Positions 13,941-26,870 of a stretch of DNA of 64,000 nucleotides are shown in pieces. The stretch is from assembly GCF_018350175.1 (NCBI RefSeq), contig NC_058368.1, positions 237,028,001-237,092,000 on the forward strand, given 5' to 3'. Below the pieces are notes generated by a model. The model saw only the letters and a list, made by a program, of their open reading frames with translations. It was not told the origin of the DNA and searched no databases. This DNA comes from Felis catus (taxonomy: Eukaryota). The stretch's first letter is position 1. The number at the start of each line of letters is the position of its first letter. The position numbers and the translations under genes were made by a program.

Positions 13941-14156
13941 CCACCACCTTTTCTCACCACTATCCACGTGAGGAGCCCCTGTAGACTTTCTTTTACCTAA
14001 TTACTCCCCACCCATGAAAATTTAATAACACATATATGCTATGTGTCTTTGTATTGTATGTGTATCAGTGGTTAATGCATGAAAGGATTAAGACTTTTAT
14101 TCCCCAAGAACCAATTTCGTCCTCTTGGGATGATATCGGTCGTGTTGAACATGCAT
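13941..14156 (-). mobile_element. hAT-Charlie-like non-autonomous DNA transposon remnant (MER type)
   Basis: Reverse complement begins TGCATGTTCAACACGACCGATATCATCCCAAGAGGACGAAATTGGTTCTTGGGG, resembling hAT-Charlie MER termini. Exact family not determined. Confidence 0.6.
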
Positions 14157-14710
14157 AATTCAGATCCAAGTTTTCCAACTTGGATACAGAGACTAGAATC
14201 GTTGGGCCAGCTTTAAATAAAATCACGGCCGTGGATCAGGACCCACTGGGGAGGCCACCCCTCCCGGCGCCGGGGGTCAGCCCTGCTCCCTGAAAGGCCC
14301 TCGGTCTGTGGGAAGCCAGCGGGGAGGGGGCCCAGCTTCAGCCGTGCAAAGGGGCTGGGGAACGTCGGGGTGGCCCTCCTGGGGTTGCGATCGCCGAGGA
14401 CCCCGAGGAGCCAGAAGGAACAGCAGACCCTGTGTCGTTAGTGTCAATGTGGAGCAGAGGAGAAAGAGTGACTTTGTAGCCGTCCAGGGATACTTTCGCG
14501 GCCAGAGGGGAGACGCCTTTCTCTGTGTCACAGGAGAGGAAGAGGCACCACGGGTAACAGGCCAGCTGCTGCTGCTGTACGTGGTCCAAGCCTGAGCCTC
14601 CCAACAAGGCTGGAGAGGGCCGGGGAGAGGGGGCCAGAGCCCTGAAAGCCGCGCATTCTCACCAGACGAGAGTCTCTTTCAAATAACTCGCTTTCTTTCA
14701 TTTCTGTTCC

Positions 14711-14829
14711 AGGAAAAAGAAAGGAAAAGGAGAGGGGCCTACAAAAAAAATAGAGGGAGGAGGGGGAGGAGGAGGGAACGGGAGGAGGGAAGGGGAAGAG
14801 GGAGGGGAGGGCAAGAGGGAAGGGGGAGG
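14711..14829 (+). repeat. Polypurine (G/A) low-complexity tract
   Basis: Almost purely A/G with many GGG runs (GAGGGAGGAGGGGGAGGAGGAGGG...). Confidence 0.9.
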
Positions 14830-16217
14830 CACCCCGGGCAGATCGGAAGGCTGGTCCAGTCACTGAGAACAGAAGAAACATCTGTAGTGGGTTTGGTTTC
14901 GCATGTTTGAAAAGTCAAATGGAAAAGCCCTTCGTAAGCACCCCTCAGTCCCATCCCTTGGTGACATTAGGACCTTGATCTCTGAGAACCCGAAGGTCTG
15001 GAGACTCCCCGTCCAGTCCCGTCCGGGTGAGGCAGCCTGTGGGGCATCAGCCGGGACCTCGTGCCACACCTGGAGAGGCTGTGAGAGTCACGGGTGAGTT
15101 TGTTCCCCTGGGAGGGTGAGGGCAGTCGGGATGGTGATGGCCCAGACCCAGCCAGGCATCGGGGGTGTGAGCCTGGGGGAGACACTCACAGGGACCTGGG
15201 CTCGACCCCCAGACCCTTGAAGGGGCACTGGGAGGAGGGGGAGGGAGGCAGAAAGTGGGGAATGGGCGTAAGGAGGGCCGGCGGGGGCCACAGACACCTG
15301 CCGCCCAGGGGACCCCAGAGCCCACCCTGGGGAAGACCTCGCCAGAGGGCAGAGGTGTCCGGGGACAGACTGCCATCTGGGCCAGGGCGTGGGCCGGGAT
15401 GCTGTAGGCGGGCTTGAAGTCTCTCTCATTGTCGCTTTCTCTGTCCTGTTGTGTGTGGAGGGCTCGCCCCCTGGGGTGCTGTGTCCAAGCTCCCGGCCCC
15501 GGGGGTTCCAGATGGTCCGGCCATTGGGAGGCCACGGCGGGAGATTGGCGGTGGGAGGGAAGAAAGTTGGGGCTGTCTTCTGTCACTGTGGGCGAGGCGC
15601 ACACAGAGACTGCCAGACGCAGTGTTCTCAGTCTTTAATCTTGGGAGAAATAGACTATAGAGGAAATGGGGTGCCCAGTGTTGGAGACCACAAGGCCTGC
15701 AGGATGCATGGCCCACTGTCGCCCAACTTCCAGAAGAAGGGAGGGGCGCGCTGGCAAGAGCAGAGCCCCGGGTATGTCACCGCCCCCTCCCCTTACCCAC
15801 GCTGGCACGGACCGCTGACCCCCACGTGGGGCCGTCGAGTCACTGGCGAACAGAAGTGCCGACAAGTTCACAGTCTGGACGCTCCCGGAAAGGGCCGTGG
15901 GTCAGTGGGAGGGAAGCGGGGCTGCGGGAGGGGTCAGGCCTGCGGAAGGACGACCTGGGCAGGACACCGCAGTCCAGCCGCATGTCCAGACCTGCGGTCC
16001 CCGCCTGCTCGCCGTCTCTCTTCCCGGTCTGTTCCCAACCTCCTCTCCGATGAGCCTGCGTTCATCAAAGGCAGTTTTCATCCAATTCTAAACATGAATT
16101 TTTATGATAATTTAAGTCACGTGTTTCTGATTCACTGCCAATGAACTCACCAAACATTTTGGCAACTGCCGTCGGGATGTCCCAGCAGTCTTGCCAGTGT
16201 TCTGTGTGTTTACCCTT

Positions 16218-16243
16218 ACACACACACACACACACACACACAC
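16218..16243. repeat. (AC)13 microsatellite
   Basis: Perfect dinucleotide run. Confidence 0.97.
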
Positions 16244-19200
16244 CCTCGAAATGCAAAGCAGAGGATGTTCAAAGTGGTTTCAAGACGAGCCCAGCAGAAC
16301 TGCATTTCCTGGTTTTATCCTTCTCGGCCGTCTGGGGAGGGTCACAGCCTCCAGAAGCGTGACCACCGACCCGGGAAGCCCCCCCGGAGTCCCAAGACAG
16401 CACAGCGAAAGTAAGGCAAACACCCGGTTTCCAGGAGCATCTTTGGCTGTTGGAAGACGTAAGTCGCTGATAATGAATGTTGTTGAATCCAGGTAATTAC
16501 CGCACTGAGGCCCTGCGTCCTCGCCTTCTGTGCTCTGTGTGCCTGGTATGTGGGGAATCCCCTGGTACTTTCTGTTCATTGAATCTCCTGTTTTTTAAGC
16601 CCTGTTCCAAGTGATCTGGAGCAAGATAGCGAGAACAGCAACCCCACCTGCCCACCAGCTCGCGTTCAGACTTCTGCCCCTTACAGGCCCTTTCTGCCTG
16701 GACTCTCATTTGTCTGAAGTATGTTTGCTGTGACTTCCCTCCCGCCACCGCCTCCCTCTGGCTCCCTTAACCCCCCTGGTGAGCCCCTAAGCCCTCCCCC
16801 GGGCACCGCAGGGAAGGAGGGGGCGCCCAGCCGATGACTGGGGGGCTGGGAGCTCCCAGCGCGTGGGTGCCGGGAGACCGAGGGGAGGCCAGCGTGTGCA
16901 GGCAGGTGGTGTGGCTGGGCAGGTACGCTGGGTTCTCGGATGCCAGGCTGAGGAGCGGACAGTGAGAGGCACCGTGATCGTGAGAAGGGGCGAGGGGAGG
17001 CCGGAGGAACCTCAGGGAGAAAATTATGCCGTGTTGAGTGGAAAAGGGGAGTAGTCACGAGGACACAGACATCTTCCTGGGGCCTGTCCTGGGCTCTGTG
17101 TCTTGGGCTGAGAGGTGTCAGGAGGGGTCAGGTGCAAAGGTGGGGGCACAGGGGATCTGAAGTCACTAGTGATGGGGACAGACTGAGGGGAGAAGTCCCA
17201 GGAGAGTCTTCAGGGCCCCTCTGCCCCCACCCCTCCACCTCACTCCTGGTGCCAGGTGGGGCGCCCGGACAGAGTCTCCCTCCCTCGTCACCTGCCAGCT
17301 CCATCCGTGACAGCTCTCATCCGACACTTTCCAGTCCCCCCAGCACCCCTCCCTGGCCTGCACTGGTTCCCAGATTCGGGGACAGATCCCCTTCCAGAGC
17401 TGGGCTCCAAGTGACTCGAGTTCCAGTGTGAGAAGAACAGAGACCCCTGTCCGAGCCCCGACTGCCGAGGGAGCAGAGCACAAGACTGGGGGTGAGCCGG
17501 GTGGCATCTGAGGGACGAGGGAGGGCAGACGTGACTCCCATCCCTATGTCCCACCCCTTCCCCAGGGGTGTGAGGGAGCAGGGGGTCCTTGCAGGCCACA
17601 CCTGTCCTTCCTTGGCCACATGGTAGAAACCAAGTGGACAGAATTACCTTAACTTAAAATTCTCACAGACAGGGAATTAGATAATATGGCATCTACCGGA
17701 AGACCGAAGATGTGTGACTTTTTAAGGACATCATCAGTTTAAAGTGTTATCACAAGATGCACAAGAGTCTCCCCTGTTCACCCCCATGGCATGGGACCTT
17801 CCTAGGAAATCCACGATTTGCTTGAAGACGACTCTTGTCTCTGTTGCTGTAAACATCTTTGCAAGCCTGATGCTTTCCTCATGGAGCTTGGTCCCACCCA
17901 CGAAGGACTGGGCTGTCCAAAGTGGGGCTGAGCAAATGCACGTTTCCACACTCCCTGCCCGGGGCCCAAACAGCTCAGCCGCCGTCCACCCCCTCCTCCC
18001 ACGGCACGGATGGGTAAGGAATGCCTTGTTCAGAATGTTGTGAGATCTCAAGCTTAGTTTTCAAATTCTGAGGCAAGGAAAATTCCTCGCTGTGCTTTGC
18101 CAGAGACTTCTACTCATGTGTCAAATCCCATGTGATTTCAGGGAACCGTGATCTACGTGTGTCTCATCCACTTGTGCTGGAATCCTGAAGCTTGGGAGCC
18201 AGCGCTCCGTGGGCGGACGCAGGGAGGGGGCCGGGCGGCGCGGCAGCCAGCCCGCAGCTGTCGTGCCCGGATCACACCAGAGCACCTGCCGGGGTGGTCC
18301 TCGGAATGTGGCATCACCGTGACCACGAATGAAGCAAGGACCAGACACGGGCTCGGGGTGAGGTCTACCGTGACGGGCTGAAGAAGACCGGTATTCGTGG
18401 AGCGGAAGGAGGAAAGGAGAGGCAGTGTGGGGGAGCGCGCATTGCGGTCAGGGCTGGGATCGATCCGCCTACACCCTGAACCTCTCTGAGGCTCCTTTGC
18501 TCCTCTCTGAAACGAGTAGTGACAAGACCTTGCTCCTGAGTGTGGGTGTCTGATACTGTCTTGCATGGCGAGTGTGTCCTAACTCACGGCTCCTGCTCTG
18601 GGCTCTGGAGGGACAGGAGCACGTCCACCCTTGGACTGCGGTGGCAGTGGGAGGAAGACAGGCTTTTGGCGGGGTGGGAATGTTGCTTTTATAACTTGCT
18701 AGCCGGGTGGCTCTCGATGGCAGGGTCACTTCATCACGTTACGGTTTCTTACGTACGAAGCTTAGCTCATGCGACCTGGCCTCCGGCAGGCCACCAGCTA
18801 CATCTTTGAGTATGTAGCACCACGCTGGACCCTGGGTGATGGAAGGCTTGGGGCGACGCATGTACGGGGCTCCCTCAAAGGGGACTGCGTGGGACTCGAA
18901 GCTGGACGTGCCTTCTCTCCTGCAAGAGGAGAGGTCTGCCTGCAAGGTCTGCCTGCAAGAGGGGCTCTCGGGGGGCCTGCCGTTCAGAAGGGGGGCGTCG
19001 TGACCCCCAGTGCCTCCCTGAGCTTGTCGCCCAGCTGCTGACTCCGGGGCAGCATCACAGCCATGGACACCTACGGACCCAGAGAGGGTGGGGACTCCTC
19101 CGTCCCCCACCTGCCGGGTGATTGCTCACTACTTACCGCCTTTTCATCTCAACAATTTCAGGCCACAAAAATAAAAATAAAATTGCAGCTCAGCTTTGCA

Positions 19201-20252
19201 AGCTTCCCAAAAGGATAAAATTAGAGAAGACACAGAACACGCATTGAAAACCGTGTGAGGTGCCATAGACATAAATGGTGGATGTGCCTCGTCACGCGCA
19301 CGGAAGGTGGGAGATAGGTAAAGGGGCCGGTCTTTGAGACAAGTAGTCCCCTGGCCATTGGCATCGGGGCAGCAGCCGCCCGGCGTGTGTGGGTCCCTGG
19401 CTGGTCGACTGCATTACCGGCTCGGGCAGGAGCTCAGTCCCTCAAGGAGAAGTCCCTAGGCACCTCAGGGCCCACTCGAGGCTCCCTGTCCCCCACCCCC
19501 GTCCTGGCTCGGGGGCAGGACAACAGGGCAGGAGCAGAAGCGTCTTCACTAGACATAAGTGGGTGTGAAATCTTTCCACGAGACTTTAGGTTTTGCTATT
19601 ATTTTAAACTTTCAAACCCAAAAGATTTATAATTGACTAATAGCTACAAATTCACGAAACTAGGGGGGATCAAAATCAGACCAAATGTGCCGTCGTCTGT
19701 GAAGAATTATTATTTTCTTCTTTTCTTCTTATAATCATCAATTTTAGGAAGCAGATTGCCCAGAATAATTATTTCTGAGTTAAAATTGTTTTTTGTAATT
19801 CATCAGTCTCACAATTGTGTGTAATAATCACGTCTATTTATTTTCTCTTAAGTAATCATGGTATTTTCATCAAAATTCATTAGAAGCTGCTTCTGGAAGG
19901 ACATGCTTTTAAAATATTCAAATTTATAGTTAATGTTTTATTAACCATATTTAGCCTATAATTATTTTTCTAATGAAAATTATCCTGAATGCACCATCTG
20001 ATGTTACGAGGCTAGTAGTTCAAACAGAATTCAGAGAAACATTTATGCACGGAAGCCTGTGTATTCGTCATTTGGAAGGAAGGATTTATGTGCTATATAA
20101 TTAATTGTTGCCTGAGTTTGACAGTCCATTTTTACTTGAATGCATTATTTACACTGGTGGAGGCTTAGGGGTTCACCCTTCAAAAGGTTAGGAAACGTAC
20201 AAATACACACATTATCTGAGTAGTGGGTGCTTGTATTGCAATGAACAGTGGG

Positions 20253-20256
<4 letters not shown>

Positions 20257-20293
<37 letters not shown>
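20257..20293. repeat. (GT)18 microsatellite
   Basis: Perfect dinucleotide run; a shorter GT run also lies near 20558-20575. Confidence 0.97.
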
Positions 20294-20294
<1 letters not shown>

Positions 20295-20347
20295 TTCGCA
20301 TATAGAATGTACATATGTACACCCCCTATGTACACAATGTGTACATA

Positions 20348-20408
20348 TGTGTCTAATGTAGTCTACACATTATAGATGTGTGTCTAATGTAGTCTACACA
20401 TTATAGAT
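20348..20408. repeat. Tandem duplication, 31 bp period
   Basis: TGTGTCTAATGTAGTCTACACATTATAGAT occurs identically at 20348-20377 and 20379-20408. Confidence 0.93.
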
Positions 20409-20788
20409 ACTACAATGAAGAAGATGTGAGCTTCTGTGTGTGCATGTGGCTTGTATGTACAATATGTATATTCACTCTATAGAATTATATATTCCATAGT
20501 ATTATAGAATACTACAGTATGACTACAGTGATTAATGCTAATGCCAATAACATGTGCGTGTGTGTGTGTGTGTGTACCCTATTGTACTAATCACTCTAGT
20601 ATTTGACTGGCTGATGTCTTTCGGGGATCAACAAAATAAATAGGTGACGAACACTCGGTGATGACGAATTATAGCCAAATGGCCACTGTCATCACCGGAG
20701 GCAGTTAGGAGGGTGAAATGCTTGCCCCTGAGAAGATCAAGGCTGGGAGCATGTAGATTTGGTTTCCAAGACCAAGTAAAAACAATAC

Positions 20789-21012
20789 TTATTTTTTTAA
20801 TTGGAGCGTAATTAACGCACATTATATTAGCTTCAGGTGTTCCGTATAGTGACTCAACACTTCCGTATGTCAGCCGGTGCTCATCCCAGTAACTGTAGTC
20901 CCCACCTGTCACCAAACAACATTATTACCCTCTTACTGTCTATATTCCCTATGGTTCACTTTTCATCCCAGTGACATGTATGTTGTACCTAGTAGTTTCT
21001 ATCTCTTAAGAG
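20789..21012 (-). mobile_element. 5'-truncated L1 3' end (carnivore L1_Carn / L1MA-like)
   Basis: TTTTTTTAATTGGAGCGTAATTAACGCACATTATATTAGCTTCAGGTG...CTATATTCCCTATG...TATCTCTTAA resembles the reverse complement of the carnivore L1 3' UTR. TSD GTAAAAACAATAC (20776-20788) / GTAAAAACAGTAC (21013-21025). Confidence 0.88.
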
Positions 21013-22006
21013 GTAAAAACAGTACAGTTTGGATGCGTGTGTGTCTGTACGTTTTTTTTAAATCTTCTTCCGCGTCAGTTCAGAAAGTCACCACTGGAGT
21101 TGCAAGTGAAGTGTCTTCAAGGTACAAGTTCTCTAACCCACCACCCAGCTGAGGATGGGGAACAGGACGCACAGGGACAGCCCTATCCTCATCGCACTCA
21201 CTGTCGGCACCAGGGTGTATGGGGACACCTAGGGGCCCCCCCTTGATGGCAAGATGTGGACAGTGCTCATGAATGTTCTGAATAGCCTTTCAGACCAGGG
21301 GAGATCTGTTCATGGTCTTTGTGTCCGATTGAAGCAAGTGGCTACTTGCACGGACACATAACTTGTTTAGAAAGAAAAGTTTCAATGCCTGAAGAACGCA
21401 GAATCCTGCGACAGAAACTACCTGCAACCCAAACTTACTATGTAACTGACTGACTTACAGTGTCCAGGCGACGTCCCCTCCCCAACTGACCGCCACCACC
21501 ACCCGCAGAGCAGACAGCCGAATCCCAAACAAGGCGTCCTTCGTGGGCTCAGACCGAGTCGCACAGCCCTGGCCTTGCGCAAAAGGACACCGTGAGCCTG
21601 TTCTTGGAAGCCGTGCGCCTGATGACGGGGGTGTGTCACCCTCAGACCACGGTCTGGCCGCTCGGCCAGTTCTAACGACAGAGCTTCTGGATGCCAGCAA
21701 ATCCCCTCAAGACAGACGCAAGATGGCACAGAAGCAGAGTGTCCCCGCTGGGAGCTCGCTCTCCCCGCCCCACCCATGTGCGAAGTCTGTCACCTCACAA
21801 GCCAAATTTAACCTTCCCTGGGTTGGTAGAAATCCAAATATTTCTCTGGCCAGGTTTTGCTGGCCAACGTCACCTCACTCCTCTTCCAAGATACATTTAA
21901 ACCAAAACATCTCTATATAGGGTTTTAGCATCACCTAATATAATCCGCTCTGCTATTTTTCCAAGGACACAAACATTCCAACAAAATTCTTCAGAACGTA
22001 CGCTTT

Positions 22007-22225
22007 TTTTTTTTAATTTTTTTAAATGTTTATTTATTTCTAAGACAGAGAGAGACAGAGCATGAGTGGGGAAGGGGCAGAGAGAGGGAGACACAGAATC
22101 CGAAGCAGGCTCCAGGCTCCGAGCCGTCAGCCCAGAGCCCGACGCGGGGCTCTAACCCACGAACTGTGAGATCCTGACCTGAGCCGAAGTTGGACGCTTA
22201 ACCGACTGAGCCACCCAGGCACCCC
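22007..22225 (-). mobile_element. Felid Can-SINE (SINEC_Fc type)
   Basis: Poly-T, GA-rich tract and tRNA-derived head ending GCCACCCAGGCACCCC. 15 bp TSD CAGAACGTACGCTTT (21992-22006) / CAGAACGTATGCTTT (22226-22240). Confidence 0.98.
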
Positions 22226-23496
22226 CAGAACGTATGCTTTAACAGAACACGCTCGACCACAGTGGAAGGGTGGTCGGAGTGTGACCGAAGATCATAAAAC
22301 GAGCAGGTCAGGTCAGAAGCCCAACAGGACAAGGATGTATTCTGAGCCGGTCCCAGGCTGAGGCTCAGCATTTGGGAGCAACCGTCCAGGCGAGTCCCAG
22401 GAGTAGGGATTCCCGGCTTCTCACTGACCTTCTGACCAAATGCCCTGACACCGCCTCCCCTCACGGCCCCGCCGTGGACATGGCCACCACAGACTCCCAT
22501 CAAAGACACTTGTCTTTGAGCAATGCGTTCGTCCAAGGGGATGAATTTCAGCCCAAGAGAGTGGTGATAGAACCATCAGGGTCCCAGGGTCCCAGGCTCC
22601 CCGCAAATCACTCAGGGTTTTGCTTATTATTATTATTTTTTTAAATCTTTGTCACCTGTGTTGGCTGAGTTGGGTGCTTTGGCTGTGGGGGCAGCAAGGC
22701 CGCGGGCTTGGGCCTGCAGACTTGGAAAGGGACGGACTGCCTTGGGGACAGGGGCACACGATGGGGGGGGATGCCCCTGCTGTACGGAGCGTTGTGAAAC
22801 ATCACGTATCCTTACAACGTTGCTGCAACAGTGACAACAAATAAAGCAAAGTCTGCACCATCAGGAACTAATGAGTAGAGAGTTCCAGCACTCATGGGGC
22901 CCGTTGGGGGGTGCCCTGCACTTTGGGGAGCTCGGAGGGAAGATGACGTTTGCAAAGTAAACGTATGTTTCCTACGGGCTGTCTTGCTCTGTAAACCCAA
23001 CCTCTCCCCGGTGCACACGATGGAGTAAAACATTAGGAGACGTCACGGGTCGGGGTCCCCCCGACCCAAATCCTGTGCAGGGAGCGAGCAGTATTCAGCC
23101 AAGCATTCGAGACCGGGTGCTCCAGATGTAGCCAGGCAGGGAGAGGCGTCCTCGGCTATGAGGCGCCCCACCCAAAGTACAGAGAATTGTTTTATCTGAA
23201 GATGGCAGACTTCTTCCTCAGGACTCTGGTGGTTGGTCTGCAGAGACGATCACAGTTAGTTTCGGAGCCAGAGGGGTCAGATGGCGAGAAGGGGGCAGGC
23301 TGTGTGCGGGGGACGTGATCACGAGCCCCAGGCAGAGCAGTGGCTGGAGCTGGGCGAGGCGGGACCCCACGCGCACGGAAGGCCTCTCGGTGGAGGAGCT
23401 CAGGGAGCCGTGGAGCACGTGTGGGGCCTGGAGGAGCTGGGGGTGGTCGGTCCTGAGCAAGTGTCCCCCCCCCCACCTGGGAGGGCTATGTGCTGC

Positions 23497-23644
23497 TCCC
23501 TGAGCACACACAGCCTGTCCCTGAGCATGCACCAACTGTCCCTTTGCATGCACGGCCTGTCCCTGAGCACTCAAGGCCTGTCCCTACACACATGGCCTGT
23601 CCCTGGATGGTCCACACAGCCGGTCCCTGCATGGTCCACACACA
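23497..23644. repeat. Degenerate minisatellite, about 21 bp unit with core CTGTCCCT
   Basis: CTGTCCCT at 23515, 23536, 23557, 23578 and 23597, plus variant CGGTCCCT at 23621. Confidence 0.9.
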
Positions 23645-24692
23645 CGAGCACCCCTGGAGTCTACACCGACAGTCCCGCATCGGGCCGGTTACATGGGCCC
23701 ACACCAGGGCCACGAAGAATGGTTACCGCCCTGGGGAGAGAATGGAAGATGGTGCCAATGTCCATGAGCCCGTGAGACATGGGATGTTGTCGCCCCCCCG
23801 GGTGTATGACTGCCCTGGACCGGATGGCGTTCTGATGCAGAGGAGGAGGGGAGGGACACAGGCGGGCAGCCGGCAGCCCCAGCTCTGGGCCCACCCGCAG
23901 AAGAGGAGACCAGAGAGGGCGGCCTGGGTCTGCTCCCCACTGGCCTGTGGCCCAGAGAGCCTGTTGGGGGGGCGGGGAAGGGCCTGAAACAGAAGACAGC
24001 ACCAGCCCGGGTGCTCCAGGCAAGGACAAGGGCGGGAGCCAAGAGCTGCTCAGAAGGGCTTCCGTGAGACTTAAAGGGAAGAGGCGGGGACATCATTTGC
24101 CCACGTGTCCGGGCCCCCAAAGACCCCGCCATCAGGAGCCACGAGCCAAAGCCCTAGCGTAGACATGGATTTGTGGCAGGTGCCACCGTGGCCGCGCCCT
24201 GGGCAGCGGGCATTGGCACAGAGGCCTGCAGAGGAGACAGAGGCCTCTGCTGTGTTTTTGGCAGGGACCAAGTGTGCCGAGAGCCCGTGGGTGGCCTCCT
24301 GGGTCATCTAGAAGCAACAATGCAGGGGCACTTCCGGAGGGGATGGGACTCCTTCTTAGGTAAGAGACAGCCTGGGTGGGTGCACAGGGACCAGACGTGG
24401 GAGTCGAACCTAAACACCGGGTGTCCCCACATTGTAGGTTCCGGCTGATGGAGTCCCACAATCTTCGTTCCAGACTGTTGTGATACGTGACGGGCTATCT
24501 GTCATCGGGGATTTCTGTTCCTCCGAGGAAGATGTTTACAGGGTCTTCATGGTCCCCATGTGCAGGTCACGGCCAGGACCTCCCTTCAGCAGATGCACTG
24601 GCGGCCACTAAGTGTTGTTAGATAATTAAGCAACCTTCTGTGAGACGCACTCCCCAGATTCATGATCCTCAAATACCACCAACTTGGGCACC

Positions 24693-25060
24693 TGCCACGG
24701 ACTGAGTATTTGTGTCCCCCTCCCCCAAATTCACATGTGAAAGCTTTAATCCCAACATGATGCTGTTAGAAGGTGGGGCCTTTGGGAGGTGATCGGCTGT
24801 GAGGGTGGAGCCCTCCAGAACGGGCTTGGTGCCCTTGGAAGAAGACACAGGATAGAGGTGAGTTCTCTCTCCCTCGTGTGATGACCCTGCAAGAAGGCGG
24901 CAGTCTGCAGACCAGGAAGAGGGGCCTCCCCAGGAACCAGGTCTTCTAGCACCTTCATCTGGCACTTAGCTGCCTTCAGACCCATGAGGAATCAATGTCT
25001 GTTGTTTAAGTCCCTCAGCCTGTAGCATTGTTGTCGTAGACGCCCACGCTGTCCACGACA
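24693..25060 (+). mobile_element. MLT1A-like MaLR solo LTR, near full length
   Basis: TGCCACGGACTGAGTATTTGTGTCCCC...AGGTGGGGCCTTTGGGAGGTGAT...GAGGGTGGAGCCCTC...TCTGTTGTTTAAG...GACA. 5 bp flanks GCACC / GCGCC. Confidence 0.92.
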
Positions 25061-26302
25061 GCGCCCCAGTGGACCGAGGCCACGTTGGTGTGCCTTCCTC
25101 AGTGCTACAGGTGTCGTCTCTGACGGTGTGATAGCCACGTTGCCCACGCTCCCGGCACCGCATCCGTCGCTCCTTGGTGTCACAGTCACGAAGTCAGGAA
25201 AAGCTGGGAACTGTCTCAGTGGTGGCGGGAGGAAGAGCCGCCAGGGAAGAAAGGCCGCGTCCTCAAGTAGGCCGCCCCTGCACCCCTCTCATCATAACTA
25301 GTGCTAAATTCAGTGTATTGAAAGTTGATATGTCATCCCGGCTTTGAAAAAGCAGCATAAAAAACCCACGAAGAAACCAACCCCAGAAGACTCGTCGGAA
25401 GACGCACAGGACGTGGCATCTCAGAGATGTCGTGGGTCAGGACAAATGCTGGGCACCCGCACGGCTGTGTGCGACAAGGACAGCCTGGTTCAGGGGTGGC
25501 CGCCCCCCCCCCACGATCCTCGGCGCCTGGGGACCCACACGCCTGTGGCCCCATGGGAGGACGTCTCTTCTCTTGGAATTGTTTGCCTGGTGAGTGACCA
25601 AGATCGGTGACCGGGGTCCGCGCTCACATTTCGAGACGTGCTACTAAGCCTGATCGAGCGGATCCACAATAAACCACCGTCTCCAGCTTCACAAGAGCCA
25701 CCGTGAGGCCTGGGGTGGGACGACCGGCCCCAGTGGAGGGGAGTTTGTCCTTCTGTTAAGGGAGAGTAGCACAGGATAAACACGCCGAGGCACACGCTGT
25801 GCCATGCTGGACACCACACTGTCTTCTGATGAGCTTGCCGGAGACATAACCTCCTTTACACAACAAAGGGTGCTTGGTGGTGCTCGTGGGCAGGAAGTCC
25901 AGGGGCATGGGCTTCAGGAACAGTGGCTACAGGAGCTCTAACCTGAACCAGGACGCAAAAGGCACGGGCTCTTTCTCATCGTCCCCAGCTCCGCCTTCTT
26001 CCGTGATGATTCCTTCCCAGGTGGGATCTCCTCGGAATCCCCTCCCTAGGTGGGATCAACGTTGGAGAACACAGTGTTCCTGGATCTCCTGGCTTATGTT
26101 CCCACCCCCTACAGTGGTTCCGAGGAAAGGGAACTACTCTCTCCTGGAACACACAGAGGAGCTGGGGTGGGCCTGGGTCCGGTCAGGTGCACGTCCCTGA
26201 ACAAGTCGCTCTGTCCAGGGAAAGGAAATGGCCAGGCTGGATCACGGGGAGAGTCCCCCCCACAAGGAGCCACGTAGCCAGTAGTAGTAGCCGGGGAGCA
26301 GT

Positions 26303-26667
26303 TGTGGCCAGCTGGGCGATGGACCCCCAGAGATCCCATGTCCTAATCCCCGGAGCCCACGGATTTGTCTCCTCACGTGGCAAAGGGGACTTTGCAGACG
26401 TGATGACGTTAAGGGCCTTGACATGGACATTATCCTGGATTCGCTGGGTGAGTCCAGTGTGATCCTGGGGTCCTATCCCGGGTAGGTGGGAGGGTCAGAG
26501 TGAGAGACAAAGAGCTCAGGACAGAGAAAGGCCCCGGAGGACAGAAGATGGCATGTGAAAAGGAGGAGGGGCCACAGGCCAAGGGGTGCAGGGGTCTCCA
26601 GAGCCTGGGAAGAAAGGCAAAGGATGCGGTCTCCACTCAGCACCCCCAGAAGGAACCAGCCCTGCCT
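26303..26667 (+). mobile_element. MLT1D-like MaLR LTR, 3' truncated
   Basis: ATGTCCTAATCCCCGGAGCC...GTGGCAAAGGGGACTTTGCAGACGTGAT...ATTATCCTGGATT...CCAGAAGGAACCAGCCCTGCC. Confidence 0.85.
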
Positions 26668-26794
26668 ACTTGGTGACGTGGGACAGAAGCCACAGGAAAC
26701 CAAGGCAATAATAACGGGACGGCACCGCTGGCCAGCAACCTGGAGAAGAGCCACCCGCACTCAGTCCCTCCTCCCGAAATCCAACGGGGGAGGT

Positions 26795-26870
26795 CCTGTC
26801 CCGATCATCTCCACTTTGCAGATGGGGAAACTGAGGCACAGAGAGAGGAAGTGGTGTGCCCAAGGCCAGA
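26795..26870 (-). mobile_element. MIR core fragment
   Basis: CTCCACTTTGCAGATGGGGAAACTGAGGCACAGAGAG...GCCCAAGG is the reverse complement of the MIR core. Confidence 0.9.

Noticed and set aside
14164..14185. Hairpin ATCCAAGTT-TTCC-AACTTGGAT
   Set aside because: A 9 bp stem is expected occasionally by chance and is too short for a pre-miRNA.
23497..23644. Regularly spaced repeats suggesting a CRISPR-like array
   Set aside because: Mammalian DNA, spacers are related to each other, and there are no cas genes; it is an ordinary minisatellite.
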